Below, in pieces: positions 13,201-24,364 of a DNA stretch of 64,000 bases. The notes under the pieces were generated by a model, which saw nothing but the letters and a program-made list of their open reading frames with translations, did not search any database and was not told the DNA's origin. Numbering within the stretch: position 1 is the stretch's first letter; each line of letters opens with the position of its first letter. The DNA is from Fimbriosthenelais zetlandica (taxonomy: Eukaryota): positions 13,950,001 to 14,014,000 of the forward strand of contig OZ365109.1 in the NCBI GenBank assembly GCA_977030845.1, given 5' to 3'. The position numbers were made by a program, and so were the translations under genes.

Positions 13201-16200
13201 CGCTACATTAGACAGTTGTGGAGTATGTGGAGGTGATGATTCATCCTGTCAACACGCGGGGCGCCACCGTCAAACTACCTCAGTATTCCACTGGGTGGAG
13301 ACTGAGGCGGGCCCATGCTCTGTCACCTGTGGTGTAGGTAACCCATCTCAACTGATAATAATAATACTATCTACCTGAACACCTGTACCTATAATGGAAG
13401 GGGCTTGAGTAATTCAAATAGAAACCATCCTACCTAACAAAATCTCCCCCGAAATGGTTCAGTCTGGAATATGAAGTATTTTATAATGTAATTCAAAAGT
13501 AATTTTAAATTAGATTTTCATCTCCAACTGTTTTATAGGTAAAGTGTAGAATCTAAGAATATTATCTAAGTTTCACAAAATAATTCTGGATCCAGTTATA
13601 ACATTAGCTAATGGAAATATCGAGCAAAGAAGCAAAGAAGTAATTAATCCATTTCTTAAACAATAATTTATTCATTCTCAACAAAATAAGATTTTCATTG
13701 AGTGTTTTAATACTCAAATGCTAGTATGAATACTGTATTATGGAAGATGGTATGTCTTTAACGCTTTATCTAAGCAGGTGTTGCGCAGACCTCGGTGGTG
13801 TGCAAGGACAAGAGAAACGACCAGGTGGTTTACAACACATACTGCCGAGGACTTGACAAGCCTCGGCCAAAAATCAGAGAGTGCCGAGCCCGACCCTGCA
13901 AGCTGGAGTGAGTATAGACCTTGGAGATGTCAAGATACCATGTATTTAACTGCTCTCATCCAGCCAAACATTGGTGGAAAGCAGCGAGAGAAAGAAAAAA
14001 ATCAACCGACCTAGATATAACATCTGGGTAACTAAATTAATGTTCCTTTGCAAGAAAGAAGTGTAAAAGGAACCTCAAAGATATGGAACTCCGTTTTTTT
14101 CCTAAGACGTCCCTTTTTCTCATCCAAAAGCCATGGTGATTGACTTGATGGATTTGATATTCCATGAAATGCTTTTTACAGTGCCTTTGAGTATGAAACT
14201 AAGATTATTAATTCATGTTTCAGTTGGCTGAAGGGAGAGTGGCAGGAATGCTCTAAGACTTGTGGAGCAGGGATATCTCGTCGCCACGTCTACTGTGTGG
14301 AGGAGTTGGACGGTCAAGGTTTTCTACGCACCAATTCACATCTTTGTCTTACAGAGCGTCCCATCACTGAACGAAATTGTAACGACTTTCCTTGTCCAAA
14401 GTGGTATGCTGGATCCTGGTCCCCGGTTAGTATGAGTTATTTGTAAGGGCAATTTGGGGTCCAAAAAGGGCATTTGGTTGTCCAGAAAGGGCAATTTAGG
14501 GTCCAAAAAGGGCATTTGGTTTTCCAGAAAGGGGTCCAGAATTTGGGGTCCAATACAGGCCATTTCGTGTCCTAAACAGGCAACTTGAGGTCCCAAAAGG
14601 GCATTTAGGGCGAGAAATGGGTACGCAAGGTTCCAAAAGGGCTTTTGAGGTTCCAAAAATGGCATAAATTGGATGCCCCAAAAGGCACAAGGGGTGAAAC
14701 AATGGGGTGCACATCCTTGGAATATCCCAGAATCCCAAATCATAGATCTAAGTAATCCATGAACCTGTAAAGTTCTGTAAATTTTACACAACCACCCCTC
14801 CCCCGACTGTAATTTGTATTTGATTGCAGTGAAAAGCTACAATGTATTTTCTACTTCTAGTAGGCCTACTAAATGCTTCTAGTACCGATTGGATACTAGT
14901 TATGAATACTGGTCATTATTGACTAAATATCAAGCTGACTTTGTTTTCAGTGTTCAGTGACGTGTAGTAAAGGTGTTCAGCACCGTGAGGTGATATGTAG
15001 ACGGACACAGAGACATGGCTGTCAACTCACAGACCGTCCAGCTACCCGGAGAACCTGTCTAACCTATGTCCCATGTATGGGGCAAAAAGGTACATAAAAC
15101 CAACTGTACGAGTGAGGGACCGTCCATAAAATACGTCCAGGGGTTCGAATTTTATAAAGAAAACTCCGCCCCCAGCTGAAAATCATACGAAAACTTAATC
15201 AAGAGTGTGAGCAGGTATTCACCCGTAACAGGCTGTACTTGTATAAAAATTCGAACTAAAAAAAACCTGTTGGAAGAAAGAGCAAGACGGTCGTAATTTA
15301 TGGACAACCCCTAAAATCAGTCGTAAAAGAAAAAAAATAATTCAGTTACGAAATGGCTTATTATCCTAGATAAATATTCAACACTGTAAGAATAGAACTT
15401 AAACACAGAAAAACTAAGCCCTTGAATTTGTCTAAATAACCTATGGTGAAACACGTCCGTTGATTTTTATTTAAAAAGCGGAAGTACAATCAAATTATAC
15501 CGGTAAGTGCCTACAGACGGGGTACGTAAGCGTCAGGTAAAAAATAATTTGAAATAAATAAATGAAATTAATTCACTTATTAAGATATTTTCTCTGCAAC
15601 TGTTATGTTACGCTTACTCCATCTTTTAAAGCTCCATACCCCCGCACTGCACTGAAAACGATGAATATTTTAAAATCACATTCTAATTGAAATTCAGGAA
15701 TCCTCTCACTTTCAAGATGGAATTTCATTGAAATTATTATATCTTTGATACAGTGAACCGCTTTGCTTTTTGCTTCGAGGGGTAGCTCCTATGAGAGAGA
15801 CTACACATCTCTCTGCTCTTATATTTCTCCCAAGCTACTGGTCAAAAGCCACATGGAAACTATTTATAAATGCATGAGTGTTGGATAAGTTTTGCTATTT
15901 GAGATAAATGTAATCATGATTTCCTCGGCTATTTCCTCGGTGAAAAATAAATAGTTCTCTAATATAACATGATTAAGTTAACATGAGTATGTCAAATATC
16001 CATAAGGATGCATAATTTAATACAATAATTTAAAATTAATATTGAAAAATCATAACCAAAGACAAATCTCTCTTGTTGCATACTGTAATTATTTCCTGTA
16101 ATGAATAAGATGCCTTAGTATTAATCATATGTCTTTTCGATTAGATTATGATATTAACATGACTTTTCCTGACATGTCAAAATATTATATTTATATGTCT

Positions 16201-19200
16201 CTCAAATTTCAATTTTTGTGAAATAGGAAAATAAGATTAGGATTATATTTCAGCTTCAGTTGAGAAGGCTCCTGATGGCAGTTCCATACCAGAACAAGTA
16301 GGAAGCAACCTACCCATACCGACTGCAGAAGACCAAGACATTTTAAACTTGTTAAACATGTTACTGGAAGGTAACACAACTGGTACCACCTCTCTGGCAG
16401 ATTTCAATGAAGATCCTCAGAGCGGTCCCGAAGAAAACAGTATTAGTTCCAAGGGTTTAGAAGAAGCGGAGAAAGGAAATTCAAACAGTGGTAGTATTAG
16501 AACTGTGGTGCATAGGAACAAAATAGAAATTATCCTAGAAAAGCCACCGACTGAAGAGGTGCATCGTATACCGGAGGCGGGTATAAATGATAATATGATG
16601 ATATATGGAGCTTCAAGGAGAAAAACTTCCTATCTGGATCCCCTGCAGGAGAGACAATCCTGGATAGATGGGAGTGGGGGCAAGGAGGATGGGGGGCTCA
16701 CTCCAGATGGCGATTTTGAGTCTAATGTGGCTGCACATACAGCACTGAGCGATGGTGTCTCTACCATACCCAAGTAAGTGTTAACTTACATCGTTTAAAC
16801 GACATTTTAATGAGGTAGTTCAGTGTTTTTTTCCTCGGTTGGATCCAAGGCTATGCATTTAAGTCACTAATTGAAATTTTCAATTGTCCTTTGATTTGTA
16901 CGTTTTAACTGTCAAATAACCAAGAGCGTTGGTATAGCGTCAAATGGAAATACCTAGTAAGTCACATTTTGAAAGAATAATGAGTTGAGGTCAAATGTTA
17001 CTTACTATGGTCGTTCCCAACTAAATATGCTGTTACATTTTGGAAAAGGTCCCACTGACTTCTGAATTTCGGACGACTGAAATCCTAGCAAGTCCGCTAC
17101 GAAGCCATTTTGAGTTGAACATTTAAACCTCTATTTTCAAAACTCGAAAAATGTGTCTTACTAGGTATTTCCATTGGGCGCTAGCAGCTCCTCTCCCCGC
17201 CACGCATCTAATTGCTCATTATAAAGCTGTGGACATTTCTCATATAATTCATATCTTTCCTTACAAAAGTTAATAGAAGTCTGTAATAAGCCCTCGCCCT
17301 CCATCCCTGTTAGATCATAACTCATCCCCCCAGCCTCAGGCTATTGTACAAAGCCATTATCTTCACCCCATAGATCCAATTAGACCCGAGCATCGTTTAT
17401 GCTTTACAGATTTGTAGCGTCCGCTTGGGGGCCTTGTAGTACCACATGTGGACCTGGTATCCGTACCCGTTTAGTGATGTGTAAAGTTTACCTCAAATTC
17501 TCCATGACGGTGCAGGATCTCCCCGATGACTCCTGCGAAGGTAAATTTTTGTCACACTTAGCATCACTCGTTTTTTTGGAACGAACATATTTATTCAGGA
17601 ACAAAGATTCGGAATACAAAGATTAAAAACCTGTTTTCAATCAGTGTCCTGACACAATAATATGACTAAAGTACTGTCTCCACATAGCGGACTTCAAAAA
17701 CAAGGGGAGGAAAGCTTCTAGGAAATTAAAAAATGAGACAATCATATGTGCACACAGATAGAGAAAACGTTTGGCTTGAAAGTAATCCAAACCATGGAAG
17801 ATTAGAGGCAGGATTCATTTCCGAAAATATATCCGTCCGCCGAATATGTCCATCCGCTATGGGGAGTAATTTATAGGCATTCCATATGAATTTAAAAGTT
17901 AATTGTTTTTGTTATTGTCATAAAATAGTCTACAAAAACATTGTATGCAAAATCTGGGATCATCCATAATTTCCAATCAATGTAACACAAAAAGGGGTTA
18001 ACTTTATTGAGTCATGGTATGAAAATAAAACGAATCTCGGGATGCATCTGAGGCCAGTTTCAATAGTAATGCTAAGTCTATGCCTAATATTCCTTTTGAA
18101 ACAGGCTCCTGGTGAAACGGATAGCCAAAACAGCCGTGCCTCAACTAATGTAATCAGCTCTGGGGAGATACTCATGTTTTGAGTATCCGTCAACCCAGAA
18201 ACAACCCACGTTTTACCTTTTCATTTTAATCATAATCTGATCTCATTTGTCAGGGGAGAAGCCAGTAGAAGTGGAGGCTTGTAGAATGAATGAATGTCCT
18301 GTCACATCCACTCAGGTCACTGTCGACGCCTACATCTGGCGTCATTATGGGCATGGACCCTGTAATGCTACCTGTCTTGGAGGTAAATATCTAAGCCTGG
18401 AATACACTAATCCGATTCTCGAATCTGTTGCAATCCGAACCTCCAATTCCAATGGCATCCAATAATTGAAATGTTGTCCGTGGTTAGCCTTAGGTATAAT
18501 TGACGGTTCAAATTATAACCGTTTGGTGTCGTTAGAAATATAGTTTCGGACAGCTATCGGATAGAGCCGGATGGAGAATCAGATTAGTGTGTTCCAGGCT
18601 TCCAGGCTTAAGGTATATGCAATATGTTGGTGTCTATATCAATGTCTGATGCAGTTCGATGAAAAGCCCTGCAAAGCCCAATGATTGAAGTTGCACTTTA
18701 TTTAAGCCTTACAAAAGCCAGTGTATATTAATTATGCTAATACGCGAACGGGAAGAAAATATTTTGCAGTTTTTCTCCTGAAAGTAGACATGTATCACTT
18801 ACATTAGCTTAGATTAAATAGACTGGATTTATCCGTTTTAAGAAATATAATCTAGAGGACTAATCTACAGGAAACTAGACTATATCTGTAAGTACTAAGT
18901 TCAATATGCACAAGACTAATCAGCGAAACCGAAATCAATCTGCCTGCTATAGATAGCATGAATCAATCTGTAGGTGTTGTGCAGTATCTGGAAGGGCTTC
19001 TTTTCAAATCTTTTCAAAAAAAATCAAGAGGACTGTCTATTAATTAACCTTGTAAATTATCATAGGTTATAAGGAGCGGGATCTCCGATGTATCAAAGTA
19101 CCCAGTGAGATGGAGGTTCATGTGAGCTTATGTGATGAAGCCATTAGACCAGATGGAGAGGCTGTGAAGTGCAATGACATCCCCTGCCCACCCAGGTCAG

Positions 19201-22200
19201 ATACAGTTAGAAAAACCCATTTAAGCAAATCTTCTTTTAATTTTGTTTAAAATTTGGGTTATTTGAGTTATAGGCTGAATCCACTGAGCTATGATCTCCC
19301 TACAATCAGCTTTACGATCCAAAATTTTAAAACTGGAATGAACCTACTGAAAAAGTTTGTGGAATGAACCATCGAACATGTTCCTGTGTCCTTTTTGTTC
19401 TTCTTCATGGATCAGTACACTCTACGTTCCTTTTTTGAGCATGTTCAAGCAGACCGTAGGGAGATCGTAGCTCAGTGAGTTCAGGATATTATTTCTACAA
19501 TTAATATTTGTTACAGACTTGGTAATTTTAGAATAAATACACTTTTGGTATATGACGAAATAGAAAAATAATACGAAGAATCCTGAATTACATTTAGTCT
19601 TCTTATTATGCAATTTTCCTCTCAAGAAGAAATATGGTATTTTATTCTTGAAAACCTGTCAAATGTGTTACACCGACACTAAAATATTTCAAACTGTTCT
19701 GTTTAACTTTGGATGTGTTGTAGGTGGAAGATTGAGCCTTACCGGCCTTGTTCTGCCCTGTGTGCGGGTGGATATAAACGGAGGAGGGTGGAATGTATAC
19801 AGGAGCTGGCTCCAGGTGATGAGAACATAGCCGTCCTCCCAGACCCTCAATGTTCACAACCCATCCCCCCACGATCTATACTCTGTAACCTAGTGGACTG
19901 CCCTCCATCCTGGGTCGTTGCTGGGGACTGGTCCACGGTAAGTCATCCTCCATTCAAGATTCAAGATTTCTTCATGTCTTTGTACTCACTTAAGCCTGTA
20001 CTCCACTGCTTCGATTTGGCTAGCGAAATTACCGCGACAGAGGTGATGCCTGTGTCGCAATAAAATTAATATAGGTCCAAGTGACCAAGGCCTTAAGGCG
20101 CCATCATCCACTGGTATATTTTTCATTGTGACACAAACATCACATTTGTCGCAGTACTGTCGCAAATAAAATCGCAGCAGTGGAGTACAGGCTTTACTCT
20201 CATCAGAGCTTTTCTTAATGGTGTTCATTAATATTCTTTTTTGAGCCATGCCTCATACTGATTACCATTTAGCCACCCAGCAACATGTATTTCTGTAATT
20301 TGGTAACCGTCTAAAGTAAACTACAAGAATTGACAACCCTATGGATAGTCCTGAAATAAAACAGCCAGTCCCTGTAATATGTCGAAACGTTGGACAAATA
20401 AAAAGCCACAACATCCTCTCGACTATAGAGTTTTGGTGTTTTATAAACTCTAATTCTTCTATTTCTCTGTCATCTCTAGTGTTCCATGACGTGTGGTGAA
20501 GGAATCCAGAAGAGACTAGTCTTGTGTCAACAAGTGGTCGCGCCTGGTAAGGTACAGAACGTCTCTGACTCCATCTGTTCTCTCCTGAAACCAGAAGACA
20601 AGCGTCCATGCTACAGTACCACCTGCCCCGAGACCCCAACAGAGGGTCACGTCACCATTCAAACAGACAATACTAAATACATCCTCATCCGCCAAAAACC
20701 AAGGGTAACTCTCATAGTGGGTGGGGAGGCTATTCTCTTACCCGGTACTAAAATAGTCATACGATGCCCTGCCAGGCATTACAATAGAAAACTTGTATAC
20801 TGGAGGAAAATAGATGAATTGATTCCCAAGCGTGGTCGGGTGAAAGTATCCCGACACGGGGCTTTGCATATAAAAAGAAGTTCCCCGAAGGACACAGGGA
20901 CTTATACATGTGTGGTGGATGCCAACAGTGCTAATTATACCGTATCGTTTCACACGTCTTTGGAGGCTGAGAAACTCTTCCAAGAAAGAATCAATTACAT
21001 CAATTATAATTACAAAGACATTATGAAACCACAGTGGGAGGATGAGAATAGAATTAACCAAGTGTATCCCCCATATGAGGATGTGGATAAGGAGGAGTTG
21101 GAGGGATTTGAGGCTCGTAATCGTGATCCCCGTCACTATCAGGATTACAGTGTCTTACTATCCTCCAGCCAGAATAACATCAGTAGCATTCCATATATCT
21201 ACATGGCTGGGCCGTGGTCAGCCTGCTCACAGTCGTGTGGATTCAGGGGTTTACAGTGGAGGAATGTAAGTTGTGAGCTGATTACAAGTAACTTTATCAA
21301 AGTAGTGGATGGTGAACACTGTAAAAAACGGCGCGGCCTCAGCCTGCCCCTGGCCAGCAGAGACTGTGGGATGCAGTCGTGTCCACATTGGGAGATCGGT
21401 CCATGGTCAAGAGTAAGTAATCTCTAAAATGTGACGTGTTTTCACTAAATGAGTTTAAAGTCACAAAGATGGATTTTGAGTTAGTTGCAGATTCTTTTCA
21501 GCCAATTTTAAGTCCAACAGTAAAAAATCTTGAAGAGACATAGTAAAACCATTGTATAATTGCTTTTAATGCGAAAATGCTAAGAGAAATAAATAGCCTG
21601 TGAAACATGCTTTCAGGCCTGTAGCGCTGAATGGGCATGTGAGAATTTAGACTCATTTACAGTCTGTTCACTCTAAAGCCTGGATTCCACCTATCCGATT
21701 ATCGGGTCAAAATTGATCGGATCCGATTTTTTTGGAAATCTGATCCGTTTGAAAATTGAGTCTGAAAGGTGGAAATAACAATCTGATACCGATTTTTAAA
21801 TCGGATCAAAATCGGTAGGTACTACCGACTGGGACGGTCTGGTTCGTCCCAATCGGTACCCCTACCGATTTTCGGATACGATCAGATCAAATCGGACATA
21901 TGGAAATAAGATCGGATCAGATTTTCATGATCTGATACCGACTTGCAGCCATGTAGAAAATCGGATCAGATCAAATCCGACATATGGAAATAAGATCGGA
22001 TCCGATTTTGCCCAGAACCGATCAAAAATCCTACCAGAAAAATCGGTAGGCCTACTGTGGAAATGGAATCGGATCCTCAAAATCGGTTCCAAATCGGATC
22101 AGATTGTTGTACGATTTTTTTGGGAAATATCAAAATCGGATCCGACAAAAATCGGAAAGGTGGATGCCCGGCTTTAGAGTGAACAGACTGTAGTGAAAAC

Positions 22201-24364
22201 ACGTCACAAATTGATAAAGTCTATAAGGACGACCATAAGTTTTATATGATGAAAATCTTTTTAAAAAGACCAATTGAAACGGCCAATTTCCTTCCACATT
22301 CGACGGTTTTTACTTTCAGTGTACCAGTGAGGTGTGTAGTCGTAATGGTGTGGGCACCAGTAGTCGCCCCCTGTACTGTGTGTTGGAGAATGGGACCACA
22401 GTACAGGAGAATGCCTGCCGAGCGACGTCTAAACCTGACAAAAGTCGTGAATGTCGTCATGATGCCTGCCAGCCCGTGTGGAAACCCTCGGCCTGGTCTA
22501 AAGTAGGTTGATTTTAGTCATTGAGAGGGAAACCATCTGTTCCTACAGTGCAAATTGTTTTCTTGCCAAGTCCATTGGATATCCCATTCATCCACAGGCA
22601 GTTTCTAAGCAGTTATGTATATAAATGCCTTTCCATACATAAGCCTATACATGTATTCCACTGCTGCGATTTTGCTTGCGACACTATTGCGACAAAAGTG
22701 AATATACCAGTGGAGGACGGTCTTAAGACCTTAGACACTTGGACCGTAATATATTAATTTTATTGCGACACAAGCATCATCTTTGTCGCAGTAGTATCGC
22801 AAGCAAAATTGCAGCAGTGGAGTACTGGCTTAATCCTCGACTGACGTATATATGATCTATGTCACGCCCGAGTGCCCTTTAGTGCCCTGTTGACTTGAGT
22901 GGGAAACGAGGAAGATTTGTTATTTTAACACCTGGTAATAAACAAGTGATTCTTAATAGTATAAGCCGGGACTCCACAATTTCGAACTGAATCGAACGTC
23001 GGAAGTATTAAGAGAGAAGCTAGAGACAACTTGTTGTGCCGCCTGTCTATCTCTGTGGCGACAGTGTTTGTCGCCGCAGTGGAGTCCCACCTTAAACCAC
23101 ATTTGAAATTATACAATTTCGGCCAATATCAGCCAAAAGTATGGACATCTGGATAATTCATTGTCCAGATGTGTGCATTTGACTGACCTATACAGGTGAT
23201 TGTGTGTTGTTTTTGAATGGCTTGGGTCGCACCTCTTTTCACAAAATCTTACAGCCATAAATCTCCATTGTTTTTTGAAAATCAGAGTTGTACCCAGTCT
23301 CGAACTTTTAGTTGGAACTGATAAGTATTGATGAATATGTAGAATGTGATTGCTTGCGTTTTTCTTGTCATGCGATTTCAGCAAAAAAAAACGCCACCAA
23401 TCCTGTGCATCGATTATACTTGGTAACTTGCTCTTTGACGATGTTCATCTTTATATTCTATCTCATGTAGTGCTCTCGGAGTTGTGGAGGTCTTGGGATG
23501 AGGAGGAGGACATTGAGTTGCGTGTGGGGAAATAACAAGAAACCTGCTGGTCGGCATTGTAAAGGTCTGGCTAAACCTCCCACTGAGAGCGTCTGCTCCT
23601 CCCCAGACTGTAGGCACGTAGGTACGTGCACAATTTATGTCTCCAAAACATTACATTTAAAACTTTATTTTGTAGTCGGAAGATCAAAAAAAATTCTTAT
23701 TTACTACCATGCATTTAACATTTATTTTGAAGATGGAAGATCAGAAAACTATCTTATTTACTACGATGTTAATCGATGTACAATCAAGGAAGAAAGAAAT
23801 TCTTTCATCTCAAGATTGTGATCTGATTAGATCAAGAATTTATGTGAGATTTGTAAATAGATAAACGGTCTACCTATAATATATGTGACGTTTTCATTAA
23901 ATGAGTCTAAAGTCGCAAAAATGGATTTTGAGTTAGTTGCAGATTCGTATAGAGCAGATTATGAGCTTTTCAATGATATGTAGTGACTGCAGAAACTAGA
24001 GACAATTCTCTGTCCAACTGGAAGCAGACTTGAAGGGAAAACACGCACAAAGTTGAAATTTCAGTCACAAAAATAGTAAAAATATATATGTATCCTTGCT
24101 TTTATTGTGAAATGCTGAGAGCAATAAGTGGTTTGTTTACAACGCATTCAAGCCTATAGCTCCAAGTGGCCCTATGCGACTCATTTCATGAAGACACGTC
24201 ACATATATGAGAATTAATGGAGGTTCATTTCCATTTTGTTTTATTTTTTTCCAGTTTGTGTGGACAAGTCGAGTACATGCAGTATGATTCCTCGTCTACG
24301 AATGTGCCATATATGGCATCGTGAATGTTGCTGGTCATGCTATGCCAGAGTTGGACGGCATTAA
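1263..24364 (+). CDS. ADAMTSL1/3 (madd-4-like): ADAMTS-like protein of the ADAMTSL1/3 (punctin/MADD-4) group, 16 coding exons, 1194 aa: signal peptide, TSP1, Cys-rich domain, 7 TSP1, one Ig domain, 3 TSP1, PLAC
   Basis: Exons: 1263-1313, 5209-5367, 6370-6603, 13169-13337, 13778-13907, 14224-14425, 14951-15089, 16254-16773, 17410-17540, 18254-18382, 19066-19195, 19724-19937, 20480-21412, 22320-22502, 23471-23621, 24255-24364. All introns are GT-AG, phases match, total 3585 nt. The N-terminus [17 protein letters not shown]|IVGFCKT looks like a signal peptide. Motifs: [61 protein letters not shown] (typical of ADAMTSL1/3), Ig [18 protein letters not shown]...DTGTYTC, and terminal [32 protein letters not shown]. 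No metalloprotease domain. Confidence 0.92.
4888..5105. mobile_element. MITE family B (PIF/Harbinger-like, about 215 bp)
   Basis: TIRs AGCCTGGAACTCACTATTCCGATTCTC / GAGAATCGAAATTAGTGTGTTCCAGGCT. Confidence 0.8.
7881..8067. mobile_element. Tc1/mariner (pogo/Tigger-like) MITE
   Basis: CGTATTTACCGGTGTATAAGCCGCAC ... GTCGCGGCTTTTACTCCGGCAAATCCGGTA, a TACCGTA-type terminus. Confidence 0.65.
11698..11891. mobile_element. MITE family A (PIF/Harbinger-like, about 200 bp)
   Basis: About 35-bp TIRs AAGCTGGGACTCCACTGCTGCGATTTTGCTTGCGA / TCGCAAGCAAAATCGCAGTAGTGGATTCCCAGCTT. Confidence 0.8.
12071..12273. mobile_element. MITE family A
   Basis: TIRs AGCCAGGACTCCACTACTGCGATTTT / AAAATCTCAGCAGTGGAATACAGGCT. 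Confidence 0.75.
12895..13143 (-). mobile_element. tRNA-derived SINE fragment
   Basis: Minus strand TGGTTAGAGCA (A box) ... GGTTCAATCCC (B box), followed by a tRNA-unrelated body; no acceptor stem. The 3' end is uncertain. Confidence 0.6.
14445..14750. repeat. Imperfect AAGGGCA-containing tandem repeat (probable TIR-element subterminal array)
   Basis: AAGGGCAATTTGGGGTCCAAAAAGGGCATTTGGTTGTCCAG repeated twice, then degenerate copies. Confidence 0.6.
15113..15314. mobile_element. Harbinger-like MITE
   Basis: TIRs AGGGACCGTCCATAAAATACG / CGTAATTTATGGACAACCCCT. Confidence 0.6.
18391..18611. mobile_element. MITE family B
   Basis: TIRs AGCCTGGAATACACTAATCCGATTCTC / GAGAATCAGATTAGTGTGTTCCAGGCT; terminal CCAGGCTT duplicated in tandem. 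Confidence 0.8.
19271..19488. mobile_element. MITE family E
   Basis: TIRs TAGGCTGAATCCACTGAGCTATGATCTCCCTAC / GTAGGGAGATCGTAGCTCAGTGAGTTCAGG; a second partial copy lies at 63581-63713. Confidence 0.75.
19990..20196. mobile_element. MITE family A with TTA target-site duplication
   Basis: TTA-AGCCTGTACTCCACTGC...GCAGTGGAGTACAGGCT-TTA. Confidence 0.85.
21430..22208 (+). mobile_element. MITE family C (about 40-bp TIR) with a nested insertion in its right TIR
   Basis: TGTGACGTGTTTTCACTAAATGAG...; the right TIR GACTCATTTA|GTGAAAACACGTCACA is split at TA. Confidence 0.8.
21660..22190. mobile_element. 531-bp TA-flanked TIR element with an ATCGGATC-rich interior
   Basis: TA-CAGTCTGTTCACTCTAA...TTAGAGTGAACAGACTG-TA with a perfect 17-bp TIR. 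An inner degenerate TIR pair of the B type, many ATCGG/CCGAT motifs, and a 45-bp internal direct repeat (about 21880 and 21965). Confidence 0.85.
22640..22833. mobile_element. MITE family A
   Basis: CCACTGCTGCGATTTTGCTTGCGA ... TCGCAAGCAAAATTGCAGCAGTGGAGTACTGGCT. Confidence 0.8.
22962..23095. mobile_element. Family A-related short MITE
   Basis: TAAGCCGGGACTCCAC ... GTGGAGTCCCACCTTA with a different interior. Confidence 0.6.
23884..24203 (+). mobile_element. MITE family C
   Basis: TGTGACG...AAATGAGTCTAAAGTCGCAAAAATGGATTTTGAG ... GACACGTCACA. Confidence 0.75.

Noticed and set aside
14336-14791. 151-aa minus-strand ORF
   Set aside because: It is the antisense reading of an ADAMTSL exon plus the AAGGGCA tandem repeat, with a repetitive, low-information peptide.
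21700-22170. CRISPR-like or regular satellite array
   Set aside because: The motifs are short, irregularly spaced and lie within a TIR element in a eukaryotic intron; there is no repeat-spacer structure.
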